A DNA stretch of 63,228 nt from assembly GCF_001194135.2 (NCBI RefSeq), contig NC_068992.1:68192039-68255266 (forward strand), written 5' to 3'. Below the pieces are notes generated by a model. It did not search any database and was not told the origin of the DNA. It saw nothing but the letters and a program-made list of their open reading frames with translations. Below, in pieces: positions 38,199-51,710 of this stretch (position 1 is the stretch's first letter; each line of letters opens with the position of its first letter). Position numbers and translations under genes: made by a program. Origin of the DNA: Octopus bimaculoides. Lineage: Eukaryota.

Positions 38199-38809
38199 AT
38201 ACTAGTGCAGATCAAAATTAAGCCCTAACAGACGCTCTTTTGCACAGACCGAATCAAGACGTAGTGCACGAAAATATTCTTCACTGTCGTCTGACTGAAA
38301 CCAAGTTGGGTAGAAAATTCTCAGACCGACGAACAAATGATGAATTCGTCCTTCCCCCATTTCAGAATTTTATGTTCCAGAATCTCCTTCGTTTTAAAAC
38401 AGAAATAAATAGACCAACCCACTCAAAGGAATCTGGAAATTATTTATATTCCGTTATGTATTCAAATTCTGAATGTTTCAGACACATGAAGTTGTTCAAA
38501 AAACTATGAAGTAGAAAATAGGGTAAATAATTAATTAATTGCATTTGCAATTGCTACCCATTTTAAGTTACTAAAATACTATAAGTGTTTAGGTGGTTCA
38601 ATCCCGCTTATTATAAGCTTATCCCTCGGTTTATCATACAGATCTCATCAATCTAGAACGATGCAATTCCATTAGAAATATATTTCTATTAGACTACAGT
38701 ATCTCATAGCCTAGATTGTTGAACAAAACAACGTAAGCATTTTGCTAGCACTTTGCCAAATCGGACAATCCACAGCGCTTAAATGTATAAATGCATAATG
38801 ATCACTCAC

Positions 38810-38947
38810 CCCAGTTATTCCTTCAGGGAAGAATCCAGGATGTGCAGTCCAATTCTGACTATTAACGTGAAAAAATCCAACACAAATAATGCAGGCTACC
38901 ACAACAACGTTGAGAAGACTACAGACACAGCTGACAACAGATGTAAC
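38810..38947 (-). CDS. Cationic amino acid transporter, internal 138-bp exon (TM5 and following loop)
   Basis: Acceptor ctctttttgcAG|GTT and donor GGG|GTGAGT. Encodes VTSVVSCVCSLLNVVVVACIICVGFFHVNSQNWTAHPGFFPEGITG (NW...GFxPxG motif). Phase 0/0 joins both neighbours in frame. Confidence 0.9.
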
Positions 38948-39531
38948 CTGCAAAAAGAGAAATATTCAGAAGCTTATAAGATGTAAATATTGAAAGACAG
39001 GAGAATCTTTTTATTGCAATTGTACATGTTAGTTATGAATGATGGGATTATGAGGGAAAATTATTGATTACATGAATCCAGACCAATGAAACATTATCTT
39101 CGATCCCCTCTTCAAATGCCGCTGGACTTTCTTTCCAAATTAATATATAGTTTACATCAATATGTGTGTGTGAGATAATATGTATGTATATCTTTTAACC
39201 TGTATTGTATCATTAGCGATATGCAAATAAAGCTCCTGTTTCAATTATGCCGGGTACCGTTTAATGATACTGACTAGTCAGTCAGATTTTCGGGGTTGCA
39301 TCATGGTTATTCTGATATAGAAAAATATAATGCTAACCTCTGTGGTTAATCCCAAAATGCAGCATCGCCTGATGAAACGAATCAATAATGATAATCAACC
39401 GGATGTCCAGCGATAAAATGGACTATACAGTAATAATGCCGAGGATACTGACTCTGATGACAAAATAATGGGACTTGTGGAAATGCGCGTAGCGATGTAT
39501 TAAATATTTATAAATTCCATCCTAAAATTAC

Positions 39532-39585
<54 letters not shown>

Positions 39586-42365
39586 GTATATATAGCCAAT
39601 GAGTAATGACCGACTCAGATGTTTACTTTATTTCTGTTGAATTCAATGTCACACACTACCATGAATTTGATAAAGATAAACGAACATCATCGATTTCTTG
39701 CAATGCTTATTGTGGTTGAGCTGTGTTACATAGATACTGGGTCAGCTGCTGCTGCTGCTGAAATCGTCCTTTTCTATTTTGCTTTATATAAATGAGTGTA
39801 TAGATCAACCTTAACTCTTTATTCATATACGCACATCATCATGAGATGACATAATTTAAGTATAGATATTCACCTCCTTACCTTGACCTTCCGTATTACT
39901 GAAACAGATCTCAGAAGAGTAACACGTGCACTTGATTATCGTTAAATACAGGTATATGATGCGCGTGCGTGCACACACACAAATAGTGACGTTATAAGGT
40001 ACTATAGTATAAATTTACAGTTTAACTTGCACTGTGCGGTGAACGTTGAGTCAATGGGAAGGAGTTACTAGATGAAATTTCTGACGGTGTAAATGGACAA
40101 AGTCTCTGATATCCGAGTGGCTAAAAAGTGTCGGCAGAGAAAGGAATCGATGAGTTATGAACTGGATGCGGTGCTTCCCCCTTTGAGTGCCCGAGTGGGA
40201 CTTCTTCTCTGAAGACCTTCTGTTGTTCAGTTTTCTTGATGTTTTTACTGCCACTATTCCTTAACATGTGAACATAAATGCATGTACGAAGCTGTAAATC
40301 CTTGGGCTTTCGTATACATTGATGACATTGTATATCGGTTCACCTCTTTCTAGTAGACATGACTACATCGCCGATGTGGTTTTCCTTTGTAAAAGGATTT
40401 GGCTGTGTAATCAGGTCATAGTTATTGATCTTTCTTCAATAGATACTAAAGATTCTACAGTTAGCGAGCATTCTGCCTACGTCCCACCACTATTTCCTGA
40501 AATATCCATCCTGTTGTTATGCTGACTGTCATAAGATTAAAATGATTATGAAAACATTACGCGATTTACATCAAGTTGCTATTCTTATTATTCACCCCCC
40601 CCCCAAAAAAAAAACTCCAATCAAACAAAATTATAATTAGACAAAATTCAAGATGGACTTATCAATGTTGTTTTTTTTCCTTCTTCTTTCAAACATTCTA
40701 ACTTAAAAATTGTTGAAAGCTGGAAATGTTTAGTGTTTTTCAAACCGTGGGACATGCAAGAACTACGTGAGGAAAATCAAATTGTCTAATGTTATCATTT
40801 GTTATGACAGTAAGGTGTGTCATTTGATGGTGAATTAGGTTGCTATCTTTAGTAGATTATAATTCATTATTAGGATTGATGTGACCAAACTTCCATCTAA
40901 AATTCTCCTCTTATCTGAACAATATGAATATTGAATTCGACATCTGATCTGTGCACTTAGTGTTACCACGACTTAGATATCTAAAATTCCCAACTCATCT
41001 AAATACTGAACGTGACATCTGATCTTCACAATTAGCAACGTTGATCCATCATTTATAATTGCTATTATAGACAGTAGAAGTATACTCGAATGTTCTTCAA
41101 CGCCTCTTGGAATATAGATATTCCACCGTGTTAACTTTATGTCGGCATGTTTCAAGACTGCAATTGTTGTTTAAGCCTTTGTGTGCCATTTAGAAATAAT
41201 AGCTAGATGGCCCTCAAAGTACAACCGACCAAACTAAAAGAAAACTACATAGCAGAAAGTGTAGTCCTAAGAGATGTTCACAAATGACTTGCCTTAATAT
41301 TTGGTTAAACAGCAACACCAACAGTTGTTGTATGAACAGATAAATAGAGTAAAGCTACCGATTTAATCAATTGTCCTCCTAAGTTTCTGATATTTAACAT
41401 AATTCAATATTTGATATGCTGTGTAATGATATAATGATTTGTATTTATATCTTTATTAGTTTCAAACAAGTTTATAGGGATGCAAACAGTTTGACATTAA
41501 CACTTTCCATGATAGAAATCCTACTACTACTAAAGTGGAATTGTTTAAACCGGAAAATGTGAAGCGGTTTTTCCCATGTACCTTAATGAGCACTCTGATA
41601 TTGCACGCAGTCAATAATAATTGCTAATATAATAATTATATCACCATACTTTTCGATTTTGATGAATTGCAAAATACGCGATTCTATAACTTGTCTATGT
41701 ATCAATATATGTTTGTCGCTAACGTTAGATGTGTTGAATTAAAGGGCGACTTTCCTACAAAAGCATAATTAATCACAGTACTAGAGATGTGGATATTTTT
41801 GAAAGCTGTTTCGTGAACTGTTGCTTTTATTTTCGTTGCTCTATTCTTTGCTGCCATGAACAAAGACAGATACATAACTAATTCAAAATTGAACATATTA
41901 CATATCAAAAACATTTAAACATTGCGGTGGACACAGCTTTAATAATTTACTATTTGATGATCGACAAAATTATGTTGACGAATAATTGCTAATATAACAT
42001 GACAACTGACACACTAAAGAAGCCATTAAGAGGCATTGAGTTAGTTTGAGACTGCAAAAATAAATGTCGGCGTAATGTGAACTTATTATTCTGCAACTGT
42101 GCAAAACACCAAAACACCCACTGATGTGCCATAATTTGATTTATCGTTTGTATTATTTGAGTCACGAAATATAGCAAGATTCATGGACGATACACATATT
42201 GCTAAAATTAGATAATGTTAATACAATTTCATGGCCTAAAACTTAAATAACTACGATTAAGGAGTTTCTGGAGTGGGGGAGAATATAATGAACTAAACCC
42301 TATTTTGTCGGTGCAAATTAAAATTAACCTCTATATGCAAAAGATATGAAATATGCCCATTTTAC

Positions 42366-42480
42366 CTTTGCTCCGATCATTGTTACAAATGTTGCTATCA
42401 GCACTATAGACAATGCCATGACATCCGGATGTGTGTCCATCCCAGGTCCAGGGGACCATCCTAGTCTCTGGTCAAGATAT
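42366..42480 (-). CDS. Cationic amino acid transporter, internal 115-bp exon (TM4)
   Basis: Acceptor tttgtttttAG|A and donor AAG|GTAAAA. Encodes xYLDQRLGWSPGPGMDTHPDVMALSIVLIATFVTMIGAK, matching the CAT PDxxA...G(V/A)K pattern. Not in the ORF track. Confidence 0.85.
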
Positions 42481-44202
42481 CTAAAAACAAAAAAAAGACA
42501 TATACGTAAATATGAAAATGATGCAATAATTTAAATGAAGGAATAGACGTTATTGCATTTTGCTGATTAGTACAGCTAAAAGTGTTTAATACTACTACTA
42601 ATAATAAGATTAATAGGTTTGGAACAAGACCAGCAATTTTGAGGAGAGAACGGAAGTTGAATGTATTGACCTCATCAACCTCTCCTTCCCCCAAATTTCA
42701 CCCCACCTCTCCAGCGGACCTGGTGCACAATACCCTCTCACACACACACACGCACACACACACACACACACAAAACAGACCATTCCGATTTTTTTTTCCG
42801 CGGATTCCTGTTTTCGATGAAGGAGATTCCAAATATGCAAGAAACCACGTTTACAAAACTTTGAATTCAAAAAGCATATAGATATGTGTATAACGAGATA
42901 GAGAGGGAGACGGACGGGTAGACTGATGGGCAGATAGACAGACAGACAGATAGATAGATAGATAGATAGATAGAAATTTAACGGATAGATAGATACACAA
43001 ATAAATATATGGATGAAAATGTTCAAAATTTAATATTGGGGTGAAATTTGAACCCCTTATTAAACTTTATAACATTAATTATTAAATATATCAATGTTTG
43101 TTTCTCATAAAATCGTGTATGTTAAATTTACATTTAATTATTATTTGCGATTATTTAAGGCAAATAGAAGTGAAACGCAAATTCTTTTCAATTTAAAGTT
43201 TATTTTATTTGATTTAGATTTCCATATGTTCGTCAATTCGCTACGATCTCTTTAAGGTAATCAAAATTTCAAATTGGGGTGAAATTTGAAAAGGTGTTTT
43301 TTTTTAAATTTTTTAATTTATTTTTTTATTTTTTTGCATAGTCGTAATCTCCGACATCTAAAACATAGGAATCCGATTTTTTTAAATGCATTTTTCAAGG
43401 AGAGGTGCGATTCTGCATTCGCCTCCAATTAAGTTGACATATATCCGTTGACTGGCGGTCGGTAAATACTGCCAGCAGTATGTGGCGAGGTGTCAGTTCA
43501 TTAAGTCTATTCCGAATCATGCTGAACGTCTCTATCGCTTTCTTACGGAGAGCAGCAAACTGTATCCGGACCCTCTTAAAAATGTGGATATATTTGAAAC
43601 TGTAAGCTTACTCTATTTTTTGTAACTTCTTGTATTATGCACGTTTATTTAAACGTAGAGCGTTGGCCGAAGGTAAAGCGCGTGCACACATTGGTTAAGA
43701 TTAGTTTTAGGGTCAGTTTTGGGGTTTGGTGGTGTGCACGCGTTTTACCTTCGTTCGTAACCATCATAAAATGCCAGAATCACTGACACAGTTTGCCCTA
43801 ATTCTTCATTGCGTTTTTCGTAATCTACATATTCGTTTTACCCTAGAAAACACTTTCTTTTCAATTTGTTGTTGGGAAAGATTATTCATATTTTCCAAAA
43901 CAAAATATTACTAGTATCAATGAAACAGTAAATAGTAAGTAATAAATAAGCTATTTCAGCATTCTTGATAATTTTAGGTGTCTTATATTACAGAAGCAAA
44001 TCAAATTATGTGAATAGATCGTAAGATTGATCCGTAAAACTTTCAAATAGCGTTGACGATAATTTTTGTCCTCGCGAATGCGAATAAACATGTCCTCCGG
44101 TCTGGAAAACGATATAACCGGTTAATGTGTATTACTTGGCATGCGTAACTGAACATACAGAGAAACACCTTTCCTTTTAAATATATTACTAATGATCCGT
44201 TA

Positions 44203-44480
44203 TCTATAATATATAAATCAAAAGATCTGTGTGTGTGTGCGTGTGTGACTGATCATTAGCTTCATCCCACGTAAAATCAATATTTTTCAACCGATTTCGT
44301 CCATGCTTTGCAAATATATCACTTGTGTTCCACAAAAGGTTCTAAACTGTTTAGATTTGTCGCTTAAGGAGTAATATGGAACACTAAAAACCTATAGTGA
44401 CTATTGTGGACAAAAGAGGTAACTTTTTGCGTAGTAACGGTCAGAAATTGACTCCCTTACACCGGAAGGTGTGTGTGTCT
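44203..44480 (+). mobile_element. Non-autonomous Helitron-like element, 5' part
   Basis: Starts TC-tataatatataaatc, then an internal (GT)n and caaccgattt, the layout of Lep1/DINE-type Helitrons. No 3' CTRR end was identified. Confidence 0.45.
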
Positions 44481-44805
44481 GAGTCGCCTCATTCTCGGAG
44501 GAACATTCGACAACATCCACAAACTCAAACAATACATTGCAGAGAATGAGATGAGCTGTTTATCATACGGTGTTCGGTAAATTCAGTAAAAGTTTTTTTT
44601 TTTTTATTATTATTATTTCTGTGGCTGGAAATGTACATTTCGTTTGATGACAGCATAAAGTGAATGAGAGAAAATTGATAGGGACGTGTCTGTGTTGATG
44701 CGGGGTGCGAGACAGAAAGTGTGTTGTGTGAATGTGAGACAGAGAGAGAGACAGAGAGAGTAAGAAAGAGAGAGAGAGAGAGATGTGTGTTGCTGTGTGT
44801 ATGTG

Positions 44806-44935
44806 TGAGCGGTTCGGCAAAAGAGAACCGATAGAATAAGTATTAGGCTTACAAAGAATAAGTCCTGGGAGCGATTTGCTCGACTAAAGGCGGTATTCCA
44901 GCATGGCTACAGTCAAATGACTGAAGTAAAAGAGC
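44806..44935 (+). mobile_element. SINE 3' tail, same family as 41-245
   Basis: agcggttcggcaaaagagaaccgatagaataagtattaggcttacaaagaataagtcc...gtcaaatgactgaag. Confidence 0.75.
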
Positions 44936-46796
44936 AAACGGGTATCTTTTTAAATGAGTGTGTGAGTGATTGACAGACAGACACTGAGACAGAGAGGTTT
45001 GTTGTCGGAAAGAGAGAGAAAGTTATCGCTGAGTGTGAGTGAGAGAGAGAGAGACAGAGAAAGCGTACATTTTATTTACTTTTTCTCGCATCTTTTTTAG
45101 TGTGTGTGTGTTTGACAGACAGAGAGGTGTCTTGCTGTGTGTGTGTGTGTGTGAGTGAGAGAGAAGGAGAGACTGTGTGTCACTGTGTGTGTGTGAGAGA
45201 CACCATTTTTAAATTCTAAAATGTTCATTCGCTTGAGAAACACATGCATATATATATATTTATGTATGTATGTGTATATGGCAGATAATGGATGTACGTT
45301 GCACAAACCCCCACATATTCGTATGGCAGAATTGTGATAGTTTCACTGTGAAAGCATTCTGGGCATAGGAGAAATACACCAGTATTTGTCAGAAAGCTAA
45401 CAGGATAAATATAAGTTACAGGTACGCAGCATCTTGCACTGATGTCATTTCGTTACAATAATTCTGCTAGTCTAGAGCTATACTCAACTGTAATCACATA
45501 CATGTGCACACATTCAAATACATGCACACTCACATATAGCCAAGTATTCATTAAAATACACATACGGATGTCTGTTTGTCCTTTGTATATTATATATAAA
45601 ACAGTAAGCAGGAGGAAGGATTCAGGGCTTTTGTAATAGGCAATAAATTCCATGTAAAAGTGAATTTTCGATGCAGTGATCCAGTAGTTCGCGATAATTC
45701 ATTATTTTCAGGAAAGGAGGGAGAAAAAAACTCAATTGACGTATATTACACCGCTGTGCGAGCGCGCGCGTATGTGTGAATGGTGTATTGTGTTCAGTGT
45801 ATCGTGTTCAGTGTATGATGTGTATCACATACTTGTTTCGACCATCAATTATTCCCATGACTTCGTTATTCCTATACGAATATATTTTCTATTGAAACTT
45901 TTGATGTGTAAAAGCATTCTGCTTGTCGCAATCAATTTGTTTCTACCATGCCATTATTATTCTATTTTCTGTATCATTTTTTATGTCGAGGTTCTCCATG
46001 TATAAAATAAGATTAATTGCTCTGAAGATAGTAGTCTGGTGTATGAACGGTATTGATACATTTGTAACTTATGTTAATGAAATGCTCTGAGGAGAGAGCC
46101 AAATATCGAATGTCTAAAGGTTATAGTATACAGTAATGGTGTCCTGCCAAATTTGTTTACCCAAATCTAAAAGCACACATTTCCTTATATAATTAGAAGA
46201 TTACATTTTCTCTCTTTCATTTGTACAACTAAAAATATTTCCAGTTTTACGCAACAACCACTTAAAATCCTGCACTGAATGAAAATGGGAGAAATTATTA
46301 AGCGGTCTCTTTCTTTTCTTTTTCAATGTTAGATAATAATACTCATAGTAATTTCAAATTACATGCATCACTCAGTCACAGACGAATAATTCTCCTGTTA
46401 ACTCTGAGTAATTGTTAACACAAACACTATTTCTCTCACAAATCGATCGTCTATTTTGCTGATCCACGATGAAAGGCGTTCTATTTAAAACGACTTCGTT
46501 TCTCTGATTTTGAATACTTTCACTCGGACTCATTTTGCAATGTTAAGGTAAACTGTTAAAGTCCTTTGTTGCATAAGGTAAAAATGGTTGGTATTTGTAG
46601 CTGAGTGAAATCTAAATAATGGAATCTGACGATACTTTCCTATTGATATACAGATCGAGGCTATAACGTTTAAAGTGGGAATTCCTATCTAACGCAATCG
46701 TTTACTTTGGTATTTGAGTGCAACTTGGTCGTACAAGAATTGATTTCAAATTTTAATAATTTAATGCATAACGTATAATTCTAGAGTTCAGGTTTT

Positions 46797-47015
46797 GGTA
46801 AAGTTTCAAATTTTCACACAAGACTAGAAATTTCGTGAAAGGTTGGGAGCTAATCGATTACATCGACCCTAGTGTTCAACTGGTATGTTTTTTTTTTGTT
46901 TTTTTCATAGACCCCAAGTGGATAAAAGGCAAAGTTGATCTCCAAGGAATTTGAATGAAATATTGCTAAGCATTTTTCCCGGCATGCTACCCATTCAGCC
47001 AACATGCCGCCTTAA
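46797..47015 (-). mobile_element. tRNA-derived SINE, same family as 28862 and 61425
   Basis: taatcgattacatcgaccc...aaaggcaaagttg...gctaagcatttttcccggcatgcta...gccgcctt is the reverse complement of the family consensus seen elsewhere in the window. Confidence 0.7.
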
Positions 47016-47042
47016 GATCATTTATTGATATTATACCATAAT

Positions 47043-47262
47043 ATAAGGCAGCAAGCTGGTGGCGGAATCGTTAGAACGCCGGACGAAATGCTTAACGGTA
47101 TTTCGTGCGTCTTCACGTTCTGAGTTCAAATTTCGCTAAGGCCAACTTTGCCTTTCATTCTTTTGGAGTCGATAAAATAAGTACCAGTCTAGCAATGGAG
47201 TCGATGTAATGAACTTGGTCCCTCCCCAAAATTGATGGCCTTGTACCTATTCTAGAAAGGAC
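47043..47262 (+). mobile_element. tRNA-derived SINE, near full length
   Basis: aaggcagcaagctggtggcggaatcgttagaacgccggacgaaatgctt...gttctgagttcaaatt...ctttgcctttcattc...gtcgataaaataagtaccag...ggccttgtacct. Confidence 0.8.
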
Positions 47263-47307
47263 ATTACCACTTAATTTATAGTTTACAAAATGTGGATGTA
47301 GAAATAT

Positions 47308-47462
47308 TGGTTTCGAATTTTAGCAGAAGACCAGTGATTTCGGGTGACAGGGTAAGTCGATTAGATTGAACCCAGTACTCAAATTATCGACCTCGAAATG
47401 ATGAAATGCCGCTAAGCATTTTTAGCGGCGTCCTAACAAATCTGCGAGCTTGCTACCTTTGA
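47308..47462 (-). mobile_element. tRNA-derived SINE, internally deleted
   Basis: gtcgattagattgaacccagtac...ttatcgacctcgaaatgatgaaa...ccgctaagcattt...gcgagcttgctacctt. Confidence 0.65.
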
Positions 47463-47874
47463 TATATAAATACTATTGCAATAGGTATAGGTACTTTGAA
47501 GTCGACAAATTGATAAATGTCCGAAATATCGATAAACTGTATAAACACAGTTTCTTAGACATTATATCTATTCAATCCGAACGAAATATATACAGGTACA
47601 CGTTATGACTAAGATAGAGATAGAATTTAGCCTTTTTCACTCGAATTCAAGAAGGAAATTATTATAATTTAGATACGACAAAATTTGAAAGAAGAATGTG
47701 AGTCGATGCCATGGACTTCTGTACAAGACTGGCCCTTTTATTTTCATCTCGAAGTCATGAAAATAAAATTGAGCTGAATGGGATGTTAACTCTGGATTTT
47801 CAATTTTGTGTGTAAATTACAGCGTAATAGAAAATCTACATCGCATTAGCCCAAATTTATAGGATTCATTTTGT

Positions 47875-47908
<34 letters not shown>

Positions 47909-48543
47909 CTGTTCAAATAATACCGAGCTAGACGTTTCTCTCCAGTTGCTTAGTAACTTTATATAGCATTACCTAAAAGAGTACAAGGCAAAAAAAAAAA
48001 GAAAGAAACCAGTTTATATGTAAATCTAGACACTAAATCAATTTACGGATTCCGGATCAAGTCATTCTGACTGAAGTCAATACACATTTTCAGTTGGTTG
48101 AGGCGAAAATTAACAAATTGAAAGAATTACTCTGAAGTGATATCAATTTTATATTTTTGTCAAATATCATCTATTTGTCCGAATTTGCATTTGAAATATT
48201 TCTATTGAATCATTATAAAATGCATCAAAATGAATTTTAAATATTGAAACTATTATTCACTTTCTGTTATAAACTAGTAAGTGTAATGAATTACAGCATC
48301 ACTAGTTATTGCAGACAGGTTCCTATGATAACAAATTTCTTACAATATTTTCCGAAGATGAAACACACACACAGTCAAAAGTTGTTATGTAAAACTACCA
48401 CATTTTACTTTCGCTACAGAGGAAATATTGATTCTCTGTTGATAGTTAAATAGTTATGTTCGCTAAGGTCTTGTTTGCAACTCACTTTCTGTAAGGAAAC
48501 ATCTAAACCGATGTCAAAACAAAATTGTGAAACGTGTGTGGTG

Positions 48544-48606
<63 letters not shown>

Positions 48607-48849
48607 GCTCCGTTATTGGTGGATCGGCAAACTGTAGACCATCCAATGAATGATAAAGATTTTTTTCTTTCCTTATCTTTCAAACACCAGCGTCTTTTCT
48701 CGTTTAATATTGTATCTTTGAGTTTGAAAGATATAAATGTGTGTAAATATGTGTATATGTGTGTTTGTGTGTACCTATATATAGTGGAAATAGGTTTCGC
48801 CACTAGCTGATGATTGTCTCACATTGAGGATGGATAACATCCAGAAACC

Positions 48850-49300
48850 TAGGTCTGTGAGTATCACGTAAGGCTAGAGATGGTAGCGATGACCTCACTT
48901 GCAAATGCTATATACGGACACAGACTGTGTACCGTTAGCCAGCTATAAAAGATATTTTCCTGGGTCTGAAACTACTGTAACATCATCTTTACAGGAATGC
49001 CATGTTTTGTTGGTATATAAACATTACTATCCAGTACTGTTATTGTATTTCTCTGGCTCAGATATTTAAACCATGTTGTTTTTCTCGATATAACTCCCGC
49101 TTTTCCTCCTCGTTTATCTCCCCTGTACCTATCCCTTTGTCTCTTTGATTTTTCGTAATCCTTCGATCCCGCTGCCTCCCACACTTCTTTCCTCTTTCCA
49201 CGTGACCGCCAGCACCTCTTATGTCCATCTATGATCCTGCCTTATGGCTTTCGCTTTATACACACCGACTCAATTCGATTAGTCCTCAGTGGAAAGACAC
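48850..49300 (-). mobile_element. Possible LINE APE-endonuclease remnant
   Basis: Frameshifted VLAVT-W...IEG...RDRYRGDKRGGKAGVISRK resembles the APE IxxTETW...RxDR..RGGGV..Y pattern. Confidence 0.3.
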
Positions 49301-49636
49301 CTGCTGTCATATTCTTGTTGTTTGTATTTGTCTTTGTTGCCGCACGCATTCGCAAGCTTTCTTACAAAAAATCTAATCCTCTCAGCATAGACTTTTGGCG
49401 GGGAAACCACATCGAACAGACTCAAGTGTAACTGCCCGAAACTGTAAGGACATCTGGTAACTTGACTGACGAAAGAAGGTCACGGACTGACCCATCCTTC
49501 TTTTTTCCCTGCCCCTGTAATTGTTGTTTTTCCTGTCCACCTTTGTATCGTTAATCTGTCCGGTTGTTTTATTGTCTTTTATTGCGTTTTACATTTTTAT
49601 ATATATGTATACACAGACACATGCACACGCACAGAA

Positions 49637-49667
<31 letters not shown>

Positions 49668-49733
49668 TGTATGTGCGTCTATATATACACACATATGTGT
49701 GTGTATGGGCGTATATATGCATGTGTGTATAGG

Positions 49734-49768
<35 letters not shown>

Positions 49769-50329
49769 NNNNNNNNNNNNNNNNNNNNNNNNNNNNNNNN
49801 NNNNNNNNNNNNNNNNNNNNNNNNNNNNNNNNNNNNNNNNNNNNNNNNNNNNNNNNNNNNNNNNNNNNNNNNNNNNNNNNNNNNNNNNNNNNNNNNNNNN
49901 NNNNNNNNNNNNNNNNNNNNNNNNNNNNNNNNNNNNNNNNNNNNNNNNNNNNNNNNNNNNNNNNNNNNNNNNNNNNNNNNNNNNNNNNNNNNNNNNNNNN
50001 NNNNNNNNNNNNNNNNNNNNNNNNNNNNNNNNNNNNNNNNNNNNNNNNNNNNNNNNNNNNNNNNNNNNNNNNNNNNNNNNNNNNNNNNNNNNNNNNNNNN
50101 NNNNNNNNNNNNNNNNNNNNNNNNNNNNNNNNNNNNNNNNNNNNNNNNNNNNNNNNNNNNNNNNNNNNNNNNNNNNNNNNNNNNNNNNNNNNNNNNNNNN
50201 NNNNNNNNNNNNNNNNNNNNNNNNNNNNNNNNNNNNGCGAGGGTTATTTCAGTACACCTAACTATTAGTATATTAATCTCTATAAGCCAATCAAATAGTT
50301 TTACTGCTTTCAAATCCCCTGGTAGCTGC

Positions 50330-51710
50330 TGAAAAGCTCACACATGAAATACGAAGTCATGCGTGGTTGATTTAAATTCGGTGCACAGAAATCTACCAAC
50401 TTTCTATATATTGTAGGATCGTTTTTTCATTAAGTTTCGATGGAAGTGAAAGCCTCAGACGGAAATGTTTCAACTGTGTCAAAGAGAAAAAAAAATGTTG
50501 ATGTAGTGTAAAAAAGGCCGCCAGGTTTGTTCTACGCGTTCAAAATATTATCGATGGTGACCACAGAAAACCAATGAGAGCCATCACCCAAGAAAATCTC
50601 TATCGGCGTGGATTATGAAATTGTTGTGCATTGGATGACAGTCGGATGTACTGAGGAACGGCTAATTTATATCTTCAAAAACACAGGAAATTTGATTCGT
50701 GCCCAGCAGTTACTTAAGAGGTTTAAAAACATGGCCAGAGAAGCATACTTTGGCTCTCCTCTAAGAAAAGGTTCGACCAAGACCAAAAATGTAACAGAGA
50801 AAATGACAGATAGCTCTACACAAATTCTGTGACGGACATTGTATTGAAAAAATTGTGATGGTTTTGGGAGCAGTGAGTAACAATTTTGTCATGCCAGTCC
50901 TCCACTTTTCACTTGGTTTAGAATTAATGCTACTAGATTCGTTAAGGTAATGCAGTCACTTGTTAATCCCTAGATGGATAACAAATGCGGAAAAGACCTA
51001 ACTTGTTTCAACAAAACTTAACAACTTCTCACAAAGATCCTAAGAATGGATGCCAGACAATCTGTAAGATCCTGTAGCAACTGAATTTATGGCGTTCGAA
51101 TCCGCCAGTTTATATCCTGTGGACCACAACATTTGAAACGTTGCGGAAAGGGAGACTAATCGACATCTTCACAATAATATAGCCTCGCCGAAGGCCACCA
51201 TTCTCCGTATAAATAAGGACAACATACTGCAGACATGGTGTTAAGGTGACCGGTGTGTGTTCTGTGTTTTTGATCAAGACAGTTTATTTCATGCTGTTCC
51301 AGTACATTCTGCTGTAGAAATGAGTTGCAAGTCACTGGTGCCAAGCTGTACAAGCCGTTGCCTTTCCTTCTGATAACATCGGTGGCGTGGAGAGGAGAAG
51401 CTGGTATGCCTAAGCAGCTGTTGGTCTTCCACAAACAGCCTCGTCCTCTCTGTACTTTGGAGAGGAATACTGTAGGTGTAATCCCATGGTCATTCACGAC
51501 AAAAGGGAGTGTATACCATTAGTGCATCATGTCAACGATTCCGGCCCAGCCTTGAAGCATTCATCAAAGCAGAAGGCAGATTCATAGAATAACTTTATAC
51601 AAACGCTTTTCGAAATGATTTCCACAAGTTTACTTAATGTTTTTTTTTTTTTGAGATGGTTGTTGTTTTAGATTATCAAGTATTTCTCCCAAAACTACTC
51701 GCGCGCAAAC
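50330..51710 (+). mobile_element. Decayed Tc1/mariner of the DD37D (maT)-like type, interrupted by a SINE
   Basis: Degenerate FS.KKRFDQDQKCNRENDR (50755), VMVLGAVSN, P*MDNKCG.RP.LFQQ (51006), LW...P..YPVDHNI*NVAERETNRHLHNNIAS. After the insertion, CQRFRPSLEAFIKAEGRFIE* (stop 51590-51592). Confidence 0.8.
51239..51531 (+). mobile_element. 5'-truncated CORE-like SINE nested in the DD37D transposase
   Basis: ttgatcaagacagtttatttc; ggtggcgtggagaggagaagctg; ggtgtaatcccatggtcattcacgac (as at 13384 and 36630). Imperfect duplicated gca..catg at both junctions. Confidence 0.7.

Noticed and set aside
40093-40212. Short + ORF with VAKKCRQRK resembling a bZIP basic region
   Set aside because: Only 39 codons, with no invariant Asn, no leucine zipper and no splice context.
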